From positions 37,572,001 through 37,636,000 of the forward strand of contig OZ365113.1 of the NCBI GenBank assembly GCA_977030845.1: a stretch of 64,000 nt of DNA, given 5' to 3'. Each line of letters starts with the position of its first letter. Position 1 is the first letter of the stretch. The position numbers were made by a program, and so were the translations under genes. Shown in pieces: positions 30,126 to 41,748 of the stretch. The notes beneath the pieces are model-generated. The model was not told the origin of the DNA and did no database searches. It saw nothing but the letters and a program-made list of their open reading frames with translations. Source of the stretch: Fimbriosthenelais zetlandica (Eukaryota).

Positions 30126-30494
30126 TTTGCATGACAAGCCTCACTTGCCAGCGGTATAGCCTCACCGAGAAGACAGATAGCCTACTCCGCCTGTCCGTCC
30201 ATGAGAAGGAGCTTTAAAACCTTGTTAAATCCCGAAAAAAAAATGGAAAACACACATAACGCACATGTAAAACAAAATCTCAAGTTTAAGATCAATTTCA
30301 TTAATTCAAAAATGTGTTAAAAGAATTTAAGAATAATCCGAGAAATTCAAGATTAATCCGTTTCAATTGTAATTTTATACCTATTTCATACAAAATTATT
30401 AAGTTCTTTCAACTCCTATGCAGGTGTAGAGAGCTTTGGCTGGATCCATACACCCCTCCCTACACTTCTATAGATGCAAGATCTCAGTACAGGC

Positions 30495-31189
30495 TAGTTC
30501 ACCTTTTCGCCGATCTCGGGTCGCCACTGTCGCGCTGGCTTGCTCCTTCCATAGAGTCCAATGCTAAAGACCTAAATTGGTATCATTTTCAAAATCTGAA
30601 ATTTTAAATTAATTTTATTTGCACAAAAACCACATACACACCTGGAGATGCTCTCAACTAAGAATAATCCGCTTGAATTGTAATTTTAGACCCATTAATT
30701 ACAGAGTTATTCAACTTTTTCGACTTTTAGTGAGAGGGCGCTGTTAAGGTTTTTAAAAGGCCAAATTATAGGCCAGTATGCGTACGGCCGATTTGTCAAG
30801 TTCGCAGAAATCGGAGTTTTCTACGTTTTTCGTATCCGCTCTGTTGGGGTTTCTCGGTAGAGGTCATAACTTATACATAGCCGTGGTCTTGAGTGAAAAT
30901 AATAAAGATTAAGTGGAGAAAAGGCCGATTGGAGTGGAATGACAAACCGGCTCAGTAGCACACATTCCTGTAATCGTGAGTGATTTTTAACATTGAGCCT
31001 ATGGGCGGGACACTTTTGATGAATTCGATGGATTTAAACATGTTAGCGATATAGATAAGCGCTGAAATTTTTGGGGGATGTTGGGGTGGGTGTCTGGGGT
31101 GGACATGGGGCTGGGGGTGAAGGTTGGGGGCCTGGGAGGGGTACGGGGGGCTAAATATTTTTTAACATTGTAAACCTATGGGCAGTACC
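30495..31189 (+). mobile_element. Composite repeat unit U, copy 1 (~700 bp; begins tagttcac, contains gagggcgctgttaaggtttttaaaaggcc and a G-rich tract, ends ggcagtacc)
   Basis: Homologous copies at 31701-32392 (-), 32879-33578 (+), 35332-36030 (+), partial 37774-38192 (+), 5' fragments 34588-34781 (-) and ~48829-48945 (+), and a fragment at ~29789-29870 (-). There is no ORF and the superfamily is not assignable. Confidence 0.8.
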
Positions 31190-31227
31190 GACACAGTGGA
31201 CTATTCGAAGAGAGTTTGACATCTGTG

Positions 31228-31298
31228 AGACAGGTAGTCTAGGGGTAAGACACTGGCCTGGCACATGAGAGACCGGGGTTCGTTTCCCAGTCTTGCAA
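31228..31298 (+). pseudogene. tRNA-derived sequence (Pro/Gly-like scaffold; SINE head or tRNA pseudogene)
   Basis: A-box/D-arm tagtctaggggtaagac (GTCT/AGAC stem) and B-box ggttcgtttcc. Acceptor and anticodon stems are disrupted. Confidence 0.65.
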
Positions 31299-31580
31299 AG
31301 CACTTTTCACTCTTCTTGATCGCTACACATTTATAGGCTACGGCTTCACAGGGTTGACTTGGGCTTTGTTTTTTTCCCGTTTGTCAACACACTATCATAA
31401 CAAGCGACTGTGTGCCATCTTGTGTCAGAGACCAGCACCAAACGACACTGACGCCATCTACCGGAAACACGGATTCTGGATCAGAAAAATAATTAACGAG
31501 ACCGCGTTGACACACATCTCCAACCCCGGCACCAGCACTGCTGTATAAATATGTAGCGAACACTGTAGCAGAAAAAAAGT

Positions 31581-31650
31581 CACTAGACGGGGAATTGAAC
31601 CCCGGTCACTCGCTTTCCAGGCCAGTGTCTTACCTCTAGACCACCCGGCT
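31581..31650 (-). pseudogene. tRNA-derived sequence, inverted copy, followed by T7
   Basis: Minus strand reads tggtctagaggtaagacactggcctggaaagcgagtgaccggggttcaattcccc...ttttttt, giving A-box, B-box and a Pol III-type terminator. Confidence 0.65.
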
Positions 31651-31700
31651 CACAGTTCACTATGCTACACCCCTTCATATTTAGCCTGAACCGCCCAGGT

Positions 31701-32392
31701 GGTACTGCCATAGGCTCCAATGTTAAAATTTATTTAGCCCCCCCGGACCCCTCCCCGGCCCCCAACCTCCACCCCAACCCCAATGTCTACCCCCGGCACC
31801 CCCACCAATAGCCTCCCAAAAAACCAGCCCGATTCGATGCTTCTAACCTGTCTAAATCCATTGGATTCTGCAAAAGTGTCCCGCCCATAGGCTCAATGTT
31901 AAAAATCACTCACGATTACAGGAATGTGTGCTACAGAGCCGGTTTGTCAGTCCACTCCAATCGGCTATTTTTCTACTTAAAATGTGTTATTTTCACTCAA
32001 TCCACAGTTATGTATAACTTATGACCTCTACTGGTAAACCCCAAAAGAGTGCAGACGAGAGACGAGGAAAACCCCGATTTCTGCGAAGTTGACAAATCGG
32101 CCGAGCGCATACCGGCCTATAATTTGGCCTTTTAAAAACCTTAACAGCGCCCTCTCACTAAAAGTCGAAGAAGTCGAATAACTCTGTAAATAATCGGTCT
32201 AAAATTACAATTCAAACGGATTATTCTTAGTTGGGGGACCCGTCAGATGTCTATGTGGTTTTTCTATCAAGAAAATTGATTTAAAATTTCTGATTTTGAA
32301 AATGGACTGAATTTCTTCATATAACATTGGAGTCAATGGAAGGAGGCACCCAAGCGCCAGTGGCGACCCGAGAGCGGCGGAAACATGAACTA
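31701..32392 (-). mobile_element. Unit U, copy 2 (inverted; right arm of the palindrome)
   Basis: Reverse complement of copy 1 landmarks: ggtactgccatagg, ccttaacagcgccctctcac, catgaacta. Confidence 0.8.
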
Positions 32393-32514
32393 CTAGGCTA
32401 TGTGCCAGCCAGTCGGACAAGCCTTGCCTTCCAGCCGGGATAGTAGACGGAGTATCTGTCCCGGTGTAGAGGCTATTCCGCTCGCTGGGAGGACGAGGCT
32501 TGTTTACAGGCTAC

Positions 32515-32872
32515 TCTCTATCCAGTTTCAGTGAAGTTATTAGACGATTTAGCATTGGCGGTGTCAACCCCGAAAAATCAGCACATTTTCAAAATCTCAA
32601 GTTTTAAATCAATTTTATTCATTCAAAAAGTGTGTACTACCATACTTCGGCTCTCAACTAAGATTTCCCCTATTTTTTTCCGAGAAAATAAAGAAATAAA
32701 AAAAACACATACAATTTTGCTCGATGTTATTTAGCCCGCCCCCCCCCCAACCCCACCCCCCGCCCCATCCCTAAATCCCAGCACAAATCTGACCCACTCC
32801 CCATACCAAACAATCCCACCCACTCTGATATCAGCCAGGAGTTGAGAGCGTTGTATCCTTGGGTAGATCATA
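32515..32872 (+). repeat. ~360-bp element X, near-identical to 34792-35153
   Basis: tctctatccagtttcagtgaag...gggtagatcatag is present twice with few differences. It contains a U-related segment and a C-rich tract. Confidence 0.85.
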
Positions 32873-32878
32873 GTAGTG

Positions 32879-33578
32879 TAGTTCATCTTTTTGCCGCTAT
32901 AAATCTCGGGGTCGCTTCAAACGCTCTGGCTTGTTCTTCCATAGAGTCCAATGCTAAAGACCTCATTTGGCTGCATTTTCAAAAGTCGAAATTTTAAATA
33001 AAGTTTACTTGAACAAAAACCATATGGATACTTGGAGATGCTTCCAACTAAGAATAATCCGTTTGAATTGTAATTTTAGAACGATTATTTACAGAGATAT
33101 TCAACTTTTTCGACTTTTAGTGAGAGGGCGCTGTTAAGGTTTTTAAAAGGCCAAATTATAGGCCTGTATACGCACGGCCGACTTGTCAACTTCGCAGAAA
33201 TCGGATTTGTCCACGTCTTTCGTCTTCGATCTTTTGAGATTTATCAGTAGATGTCATAAGTTATACATAACCGTGGTCTTGAGTGAAAATAATATGTATT
33301 AGGTAGAGTAAAAGCCGATTGTAGTGGACTGGTAAATCGGCTTTGTAGCACACATTCCTGTAATCGTGAGTGATTTTTAACATTGCGCCTATGGGCGGGA
33401 CACTTTTGCAGAATTCAATGGATTTAGACATGTTAGCCTTTTCGAATCGGGCTGGATTTTTAGGAGGGAGTTGGGGTGGGTGCCGGGGGTAGACATGGGG
33501 CTCGGGGTGGAGGTTGGGGGCCTGGGAGGGGTCCGGGGGGCTAAATAATTTTTAACATTGGAGCCTATGGGCAGTACC
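32879..33578 (+). mobile_element. Unit U, copy 3
   Basis: Same ordered landmarks as copy 1. Confidence 0.8.
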
Positions 33579-33789
33579 AACACAGTGGCCTATTCCAAGG
33601 GATTTTAACAGGTTAGCCGTTTGAAATCGGACTGAGGTTTTTGGAGGGGGTTGGTGGGACCGCTGGAGGGTGGACATGGGGTTGGGGGACGGGGAGGGGC
33701 CCGGGGGGCGAGCTAATTATAAACATTGTGATTGAGCCTTCAAATTTGAGGGAGTGTCCTGCAATGACATGAAACGCAGATTGTGTGTG

Positions 33790-33860
33790 AGCGTGGTAGT
33801 CTAGAGGTAAGACTCTCGCCTGGAATGCGAGAGACCGGGGTTCGAATCCCGATCTTGTAA
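33790..33860 (+). pseudogene. tRNA-derived sequence, third copy (best-preserved anticodon arm)
   Basis: tagtctagaggtaagactctcgcctggaatgcgagagaccggggttcgaatcccg: D stem, a 5-bp CTCGC/GCGAG anticodon stem and a TTCGAAT loop. The acceptor stem does not pair. Confidence 0.65.
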
Positions 33861-33931
33861 ATCACTTTTCGCTGCTTAGAGTGTTGATTTTGGCTTTGGT
33901 TGTTTGAGTTGCTGATGAGAGGAGGGCGGGG

Positions 33932-34492
33932 GCTAGAGGAACTAAGTTCCATAGAGTTAACGTTGACCTCTTTGTCATAATAATAGCTAGATATATATCC
34001 AAGCTTAGATATATATATCCTGCCTTGCGACCTTGCGGCGTCTCTTCCTCTGTCCTCTTCATTCTCCGCTCTCTCCGTTCTCTGTATCCAATGCCACACC
34101 CCTTCAGTGCCCCTCAATCTGGCTCTGCGAACCTCCCACCCGTGGCCTCTTGAAGCTCTCTGACCACTGAAGCGTTATGTATTGGTATGCTATGCAAAGG
34201 TATAGGCCTATGCATAGATGACAAGCTGGGGACATGCACTTACCCCCTCTCATGCTTCAGTGCGCGGTGACTTGGACCACCCGCCCACCCACTCTCCGAA
34301 ACTCACGACTGGAATCAAACTAAACATCAAATATAGGAGGACAAGGACTTGTCAAATCAGTGTCAAAACTCGGACATCGAAAAAGTATATCACTGCGTAT
34401 GTTTACCTCTGTGGGATAATGTCTAGTTGGTGATCTAAGTAAATACGAAACTAAAAGGCCAACTTCAACTGAATGGAGCTTAGTTCCTCTAG
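33932..34492. mobile_element. Putative non-autonomous element bounded by ~30-bp imperfect inverted repeats
   Basis: ctagaggaactaagttccatagagttaacgttg at the left end and caacttcaactgaatggagcttagttcctctag at the right end. Confidence 0.55.
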
Positions 34493-35331
34493 TGGCCTTA
34501 ATTATGCGCGCCTCGATCGATTGTGAGTAGTTCATAAAAATGACGATTTTTTTATTTTTCTAATTTCTCGAAAACTACCGGGCGTAAAATTACGATCTCT
34601 TCGGAATATTCTTAGTTGGGAGCCGAACTAGGTTAGGACATACCTTTTGAATCAATAAAGTTGATTTAAAACTTTCGATTTTCAAAATTGACCGAATTTT
34701 CACCCTCAGCGTTGATCCCAATGGAAGAAGCAGCAAGCGCGACAGTGGCGACCCGAGTTGCAGCGGCGACTAGGTGAACTACCAGTGCTCTCTCTATCCA
34801 GTTTCAGTGAAGTTATTAGACGATTTAGCATTGGCGGTGTCAACCCCGAAAAATCAGCACATTTTCAAAATCTCAAGTTTTAAATCAATTTTATTCATTC
34901 AAAAAGTGTGTAGGGCCTACTACCATACTTCGGCTCTCAACTAAGATTTCCCCTAATTTTTTTCGAGAAAATAAAGAAATAAAAAAAACACATACAATTT
35001 TGCTCGATGTTATTTAGCCCCCCCCCCCCCAACCCCACCCCCCGCCCCATCCCTAAATCCCAGCACAAATCTGACCCACTCCCCATACCAAACAATCCCA
35101 CCCACTCTGATATCAGCCAGGAGTTGAGAGCGTTGTATCCTTGGGTAGATCATAGACGGAGTGTCTGTCCCGGTGTAGAGGCTATTCCGCTGGGAGGACG
35201 AGGCTTGTTTACAGGCTACCGGGATAGAGACTTCGTAATTCGTCTTTTTGCCGCTAGGACATCTCGAGCCCCAAGTCGCGCCAAGCTGGAAGGCGAGGCC
35301 TTTCATTCCGGCTATGCTGGCTGGCGCATAG

Positions 35332-36030
35332 TAGTTCACGTTTTTGCCGCTAGGGCATTTCGGGTCGCCACATGCGCCCGGCCGCCTCTTTCCATTGACT
35401 CTAATGCTAATTGAAGAAATTCAGTCCATTTTCAAAATCAGAAATTTTAAATCAATTTTATTGGTACAAAAACCACATAGACATCTGAAGGGTCTCCCAA
35501 CTAAGAATAATCCATTTGAATTGTAATTTTAGACCGATTATTTACAGAGTTATTAAACTTTTTCGACTTTTAGTGAGAGGGCGCTGTTAAGGTTTTTAAA
35601 AGGCCAAATTATAGGCCGGTAAGCGCTCGGCCGATTTGTCAACTTCGCAGAAATCGGGGTTTTCCTCATCTCTCGTCTCCATTCTTTTGGGGTTCACCAG
35701 TAGAGGTCATAAGTTATACATAGCCGTGGCTTTGAGTGAAAATAATGAAGATTAAGTGGAGAAAAGGCCGATTGGAGAGGACTGACAAACCGTCTCTGTA
35801 GCACACAGCCATGTAATCGAGAGTGATTTTTAACATTGAGCCTATGGGCGGGACACTTTTGATGAATTCGATGTATTTAAACATGTTAGCGACATAGATT
35901 AGGGCTGAAATTTTTGGGAGATGTTGGGGTGGGTGTCTGGGGTAGACATGGGGCTGGGGGTGAAGGTTGGGGGCCTGGGAGGGGTACGGGGGGCTAAATA
36001 ATTTTTAACATTGAGTTCTATGGCCAGTAC
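35332..36030 (+). mobile_element. Unit U, copy 4
   Basis: Same ordered landmarks as copy 1. It is followed by a hairpin instead of a tRNA-like head. Confidence 0.8.
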
Positions 36031-39000
36031 ACAGAAGAAGCACTATACAGGTTAGCACACACTCCGCACAGTGGCGCTCCAGTTGTATGGAGGACTGGAG
36101 CGCCACAGTGCGGAGTGTGGGGTTAGCAGTAGCCATTGCGGCCGGGGTTTGGGCGGGAAGTGGGGATGGGGTACGGGACCTGAAGGGGGTGGGGGACAAA
36201 TAAAATTTCAGATTTTTGATGTCAATTTGAGGACTGGTATTGGAGACTTTAGGCTTAGGAGATTTTATTCAGCACTCCACGCGTCTTGAATAGGGAATCT
36301 ATATAGGTTATCAATTCAATTCAATTCAATTCAAAAGTGTTTATTTCTGCGTATCACATATTAAATTTTACATAAACAGTCGAGTTGCTTAAACCTTGAA
36401 TACACCAGAAAAACTTTACATCGCTTTTCTTAAATGGACAATTCATTCTTTAAGTCACTTATTACTAGAAATAATAAATATTTTATAACCCAATCACGTG
36501 TCAACTCTTCTGTCACACAAAAAGCCATGTAATGTAAAATACACTTATGCACTAATCTTGAAATACATAACATTTTAACAAAAGATGCTAGTACCAAGAA
36601 CCAAATTGTTTTCTCTTGAATAGACCATTCCCTTGAGCCATTAAACTTATTCCTATTCCTATTTTTTTTTAAAATCGACTCAGGGTCATTCATTAAGTGG
36701 TAAATAGTGAACAACGCTCAAATCGTACTTCTACAAACGATCTCTGAAAAGATCCTTGAACCATGTGGAACCCATGTAATTGACTGATAACTTTGATCAT
36801 ATCAATGATTAATTTGGCGTAATTTCAAGACCATATAAGGCAGGTTGCGGGCTGTTACAGTGACCAAGATCCCCAGTTGATAATATCCTGCTTCATATTT
36901 CTGTCTGGAAATGATAAATATCGCAATATATATCACACATAATATCAAATATATCCCAGACCTTACAGACCTTAATATTAATGGGTATTATATCAGTTTG
37001 GGTATACATGTGCGACTTAATTATGGATCTCTTGTGCGACAGAATGCTGTCAATCAATTATACAGGGTGTTGTAAGTTACAAAGTAATCTTTGTGATTTA
37101 CTGTACCCTCGTCGATTGATTGCATATGCTTCTATGCTGTTTTCTTGAAAAAATGTTTCCTGTACAATGCAATCACACGAAGACGGTACCCTCGCCCTCG
37201 CGAAGATTACAACCTGGCCTGTTTTTTCAGCAATATACCAGGAATTTAATTTTCTTTTTTCAACCAATATTTAGCTTGTCCTGGTTTGAAACAATGTACA
37301 ATACTTAAACTTTTACTTCGATAGTAACAGTGTATATTGAACAGCCTGTTCACACATAATTATTGCAGCAAAATCAATGTCTTCCAATCTGACTGAAAAC
37401 TGAATTAATTATTAGATAGAACCCCTGAAAGAAAAAGTATATATAGCTTGCTTCCATCCACTTATCCAAAGCTTCGGTATTGGTATTGGTTCAAGCATCC
37501 ACAGAAATCCGGTATATATATCCATATGGTCAAGTTTCTTCTCCTTTGACCGTTAATATAACATTTCCTTGTACATACATGTACTGCAAGAGAAATAGTT
37601 AAGGACATTCAGCATATTTTTATCGTTTCAAAATTTATGAGCTTGACTTAAATTCACCACCGAAAAATCAGCACATTTTCAAAATCTCAAGTTTTAAATC
37701 AATTTTATTCATTCAAAAAGTGTGTAGGGCCTACTACCATACTTCGGCTCTCAACTAAGATTTCCCCTAATTTTAGGCCGGTAAGCGCTCGGCCGATTTG
37801 TCAACTTCGCAGAAATCGGGGTTTTCCTCATCTCTCGTCTCCATTCTTTTGGGGTTCACCAGTAGAGGTCATAAGTTATACATAGCCGTGGCTTTGAGTG
37901 AAAATAATGAAGATTAAGTGGAGAAAAGGCCGATTGGAGAGGACTGACAAACCGTCTCTGTAGCACACAGCCATGTAATCGAGAGTGATTTTTAACATTG
38001 AGCCTATGGGCGGGACACTTTTGATGAATTCGATGTATTTAAACATGTTAGCGACATAGATTAGGGCTGAAATTTTTGGGAGATGTTGGGGTGGGTGTCT
38101 GGGGTAGACATGGGGCTGGGGGTGAAGGTTGGGGGCCTGGGAGGGGTACGGGGGGCTAAATAATTTTTAACATTGAGTTCTATGGCCAGTACACAGAAGA
38201 AGCACTATACAGGTTAGCACACACTCCGCACAGTGGCGCTCCAGTTGTATGGAGGACTGGAGCGCCACAGTGCGGAGTGTGGGGTTAGCAGTAGCCATTG
38301 CGGCCGGGGTTTGGGCGGGAAGTGGGGATGGGGTACGGGACCTGAAGGGGGTGGGGGACAAATAAAATTTCAGATTTTTGATGTCAATTTGAGGACTGGT
38401 ATTGGAGACTTTAGGCTTAGGAGATTTTATTCAGCACTCCACGCGTCTTGAATAGGGAATCTATATAGGTTATCAATTCAATTCAATTCAATTCAAAAGT
38501 GTTTATTTCTGCGTATCACATATTAAATTTTACATAAACAGTCGAGTTGCTTAAACCTTGAATACACCAGAAAAACTTTACATCGCTTTTCTTAAATGGA
38601 CAATTCATTCTTTAAGTCACTTATTACTAGAAATAATAAATATTTTATAACCCAATCACGTGTCAACTCTTCTGTCACACAAAAAGCCATGTAATGTAAA
38701 ATACACTTATGCACTAATCTTGAAATACATAACATTTTAACAAAAGATGCTAGTACCAAGAACCAAATTGTTTTCTCTTGAATAGACCATTCCCTTGAGC
38801 CATTAAACTTATTCCTATTCCTATTTTTTTTTAAAATCGACTCAGGGTCATTCATTAAGTGGTAAATAGTGAACAACGCTCAAATCGTACTTCTACAAAC
38901 GATCTCTGAAAAGATCCTTGAACCATGTGGAACCCATGTAATTGACTGATAACTTTGATCATATCAATGATTAATTTGGCGTAATTTCAAGACCATATAA

Positions 39001-39823
39001 GGCAGGTTGCGGGCTGTTACAGTGACCAAGATCCCCAGTTGATAATATCCTGCTTCATATTTCTGTCTGGAAATGATAAATATCGCAATATATATCACAC
39101 ATAATATCAAATATATCCCAGACCTTACAGACCTTAATATTAATGGGTATTATATCAGTTTGGGTATACATGTGCGACTTAATTATGGATCTCTTGTGCG
39201 ACAGAATGCTGTCAATCAATTATACAGGGTGTTGTAAGTTACAAAGTAATCTTTGTGATTTACTGTACCCTCGTCGATTGATTGCATATGCTTCTATGCT
39301 GTTTTCTTGAAAAAATGTTTCCTGTACAATGCAATCACACGAAGACGGTACCCTCGCCCTCGCGAAGATTACAACCTGGCCTGTTTTTTCAGCAATATAC
39401 CAGGAATTTAATTTTCTTTTTTCAACCAATATTTAGCTTGTCCTGGTTTGAAACAATGTACAATACTTAAACTTTTACTTCGATAGTAACAGTGTATATT
39501 GAACAGCCTGTTCACACATAATTATTGCAGCAAAATCAATGTCTTCCAATCTGACTGAAAACTGAATTAATTATTAGATAGAACCCCTGAAAGAAAAAGT
39601 ATATATAGCTTGCTTCCATCCACTTATCCAAAGCTTCGGTATTGGTATTGGTTCAAGCATCCACAGAAATCCGGTATATATATCCATATGGTCAAGTTTC
39701 TTCTCCTTTGACCGTTAATATAACATTTCCTTGTACATACATGTACTGCAAGAGAAATAGTTAAGGACATTCAGCATATTTTTATCGTTTCAAAATTTAT
39801 GAGCTTGACTTAAATTCACCACC
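35612..39823 (+). repeat. Tandem segmental duplication: 35612-37661 and 37774-39823 (2050 bp each, offset 2162) with a 112-bp spacer
   Basis: The ORF track repeats identically at +2162 (e.g. 36005/38167, 36430/38592, 37058/39220). No differences were seen in the spot-checked segments. The spacer 37662-37773 matches 34849-34960. Confidence 0.93.
36058..36119. other. GC-rich hairpin: 26-bp stem with one mismatch, 10-nt loop (duplicated at 38220-38281)
   Basis: cacactccgcacagtggcgctccagt-tgtatggagg-actggagcgccacagtgcggagtgtg. Confidence 0.9.
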
Positions 39824-39873
39824 ATGTTGTTTTTAAATGTTACAGAGGATCTACCAGTACATATAATTGGTCC

Positions 39874-41748
39874 ATGATGATCATCTTCGTTGCTTTGTTG
39901 TCCCTGGTTTGTGGGACTAAGGCTCTGACCACCACAGAGTTTAGTACCATTTCAACCTTCACTAGCGATAAATGTGGCAGTCTAACATTGACAGAGGGTA
40001 CCACTAGAATCACCCTGACAGCTACTGGAGTACCTAACCATCCTTGTTGGCAGGTATAAAATCTAATTCATTGTTGATTTGTTCACATATTCTTTGTGGA
40101 TTTATTACAATGCAGTTATAAACTGGTATAAAATTTAATTGTAAAAATATTGTATTTCATTCGCATGATCAAATTTGTTGTCAAGTGACTAAAAATGACT
40201 CAATGCAATTCAATTTTAGTCTAATCCAAATGGAGTTTCTGACCAGAGCTACAGCTATTTTATCCCCACGACACCAAGCTATGCAACTACTCCATACTGC
40301 CTGAACATGGGAGTTATCGCCTTTACCATTAATGGCGTCCCAATCTTCAACATCCTCACTTCTGCTTGTAAGAATGCAGTAGAAGGAACAGATGCTGAAA
40401 CCTTCGACTGCTGTGGAGGCCATTCTGCAGGCAATGGTAGGAATTCTCCCGCATGTCATAATGTGGTAGCTCCAGTGGGCCTTGTTGGCTTAAAATTGAC
40501 ACCCCAACCCCATCATGCATCGTTTTACTCACTTTTGGAACGCTTCAATCTTTAAATTACCCTTATTTTCAGATAACTATCACTACCACCGTATGCCGAG
40601 TCTGAAGTGTCTCTTGGAGCTTGACGATGTCCCGTCAGACGATACACTCATTGGAGTGGCCATGGATGGTTTTCCCCTCTATGTTAATTCAGCTGTGTAT
40701 GATGATGATTCTAGCCTTGATGAATGCCATGGTAAAGAGGTGGATGGAAGTTACAGGTTGGTCATACAAAGAAAATTCCTCCAGCAATCTCAGTCTGATA
40801 TTAAGTAACAAAAATAAACTCTCCATCTATAACCAGTCTCACTATTTTACCCACGAAGCTTTTGTTCACAATTCAAAATTGGCTAATATAACAACATTTC
40901 CATTACAGATATTATGCGACAAGGACTTTCCCTTACACCATTGGTTGCTATAAAGGGACACCTCTTGGAAGTATAGCCAGAAGTGTCTCTGCATGCTCTG
41001 ATATTTCTGGTAATTACTATTCCCTGTAACCTAAAGAGATTTTTATCATATAAAATACCTATTATAATTATTATATATATATATAACATATATATTAAAA
41101 AAATATGAACAACATAAGAAAAGAACAAGGTCCCAATTTCAATGCAACCGCATGAAAAAAATGTAAATTTCTGAGTGAAGCAGGATATGTTCGAAAAAGA
41201 ATGGCAAAAATGGCCTTGTTATTATTTAGTATTTCTAGGCAATTGTCACATGCCATATAGACCGGTCTATAGAACTATAAGAACCATAGGCCTATAACAT
41301 TTTAACACACAACTTGTTGAGCACCATATTTTATCTGTTGAATGTGAAATTGGTATGCATTATTTTCATTATATACTGACCTCCTATTCTAGGGTTACGA
41401 AGGAAATTTTTATATTTATGAATTATATATTGCACAAAATTAAATGTAATTCCAGGCACCACGAACAAAATGTGCTCATGTGGAGGAAGTGGCTGTTCAA
41501 CAGATCAACAGTCAATCTACGTCTACAGTTCATCCGATGCTGACATGAGTGGCTGTCCAGATGATCTGAGGTGTAGCGGTGATGTTCTCAACTCCAACAC
41601 GTGTTTCGATGATACGTATGTTTCTACCATAACGTCAAGCTACAACTGCTACAGCTACTATGATAACACAGCTGACAGTAGCTGTAGCACCTGCTCCACA
41701 GCTAAACGCTGGAGTGGCCTTCTCAACAAGCTGCGCAAGGCAAACTAA
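39874..41748 (+). CDS. Secreted YHYH-domain protein, paralog A (324 aa, 5 coding exons)
   Basis: Exons 39874-40053, 40220-40436, 40573-40756, 40909-41009, 41456-41748; GT-AG, 975 nt in frame. Signal peptide MMIIFVALLSLVCGTKA. YHYH-family pattern IPTTP...GVIAFTINGVPIF...DCCGGH...NYHYH...IGVAMDGFPLY...LDECHG...YRYYATRTFPYTIGCYKG. Cys/Ser-rich C-terminus. Confidence 0.85.

Noticed and set aside
31228-33860. Three functional tRNA genes
   Set aside because: The acceptor stems do not pair, the T stems are imperfect and the anticodon loops differ (GGC, GGA, GGA) on a Pro/Gly-like scaffold. They are treated as tRNA-derived repeats.
33389-38876. Pro/Gly-rich and duplicated ORFs (33389, 33740, 35007, 35010, 36005/38167, 36071/38233, 36430/38592)
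   Set aside because: They arise from G/C-rich tracts of the repeat units and from the segmental duplication. There is no splice-consistent gene model or domain.
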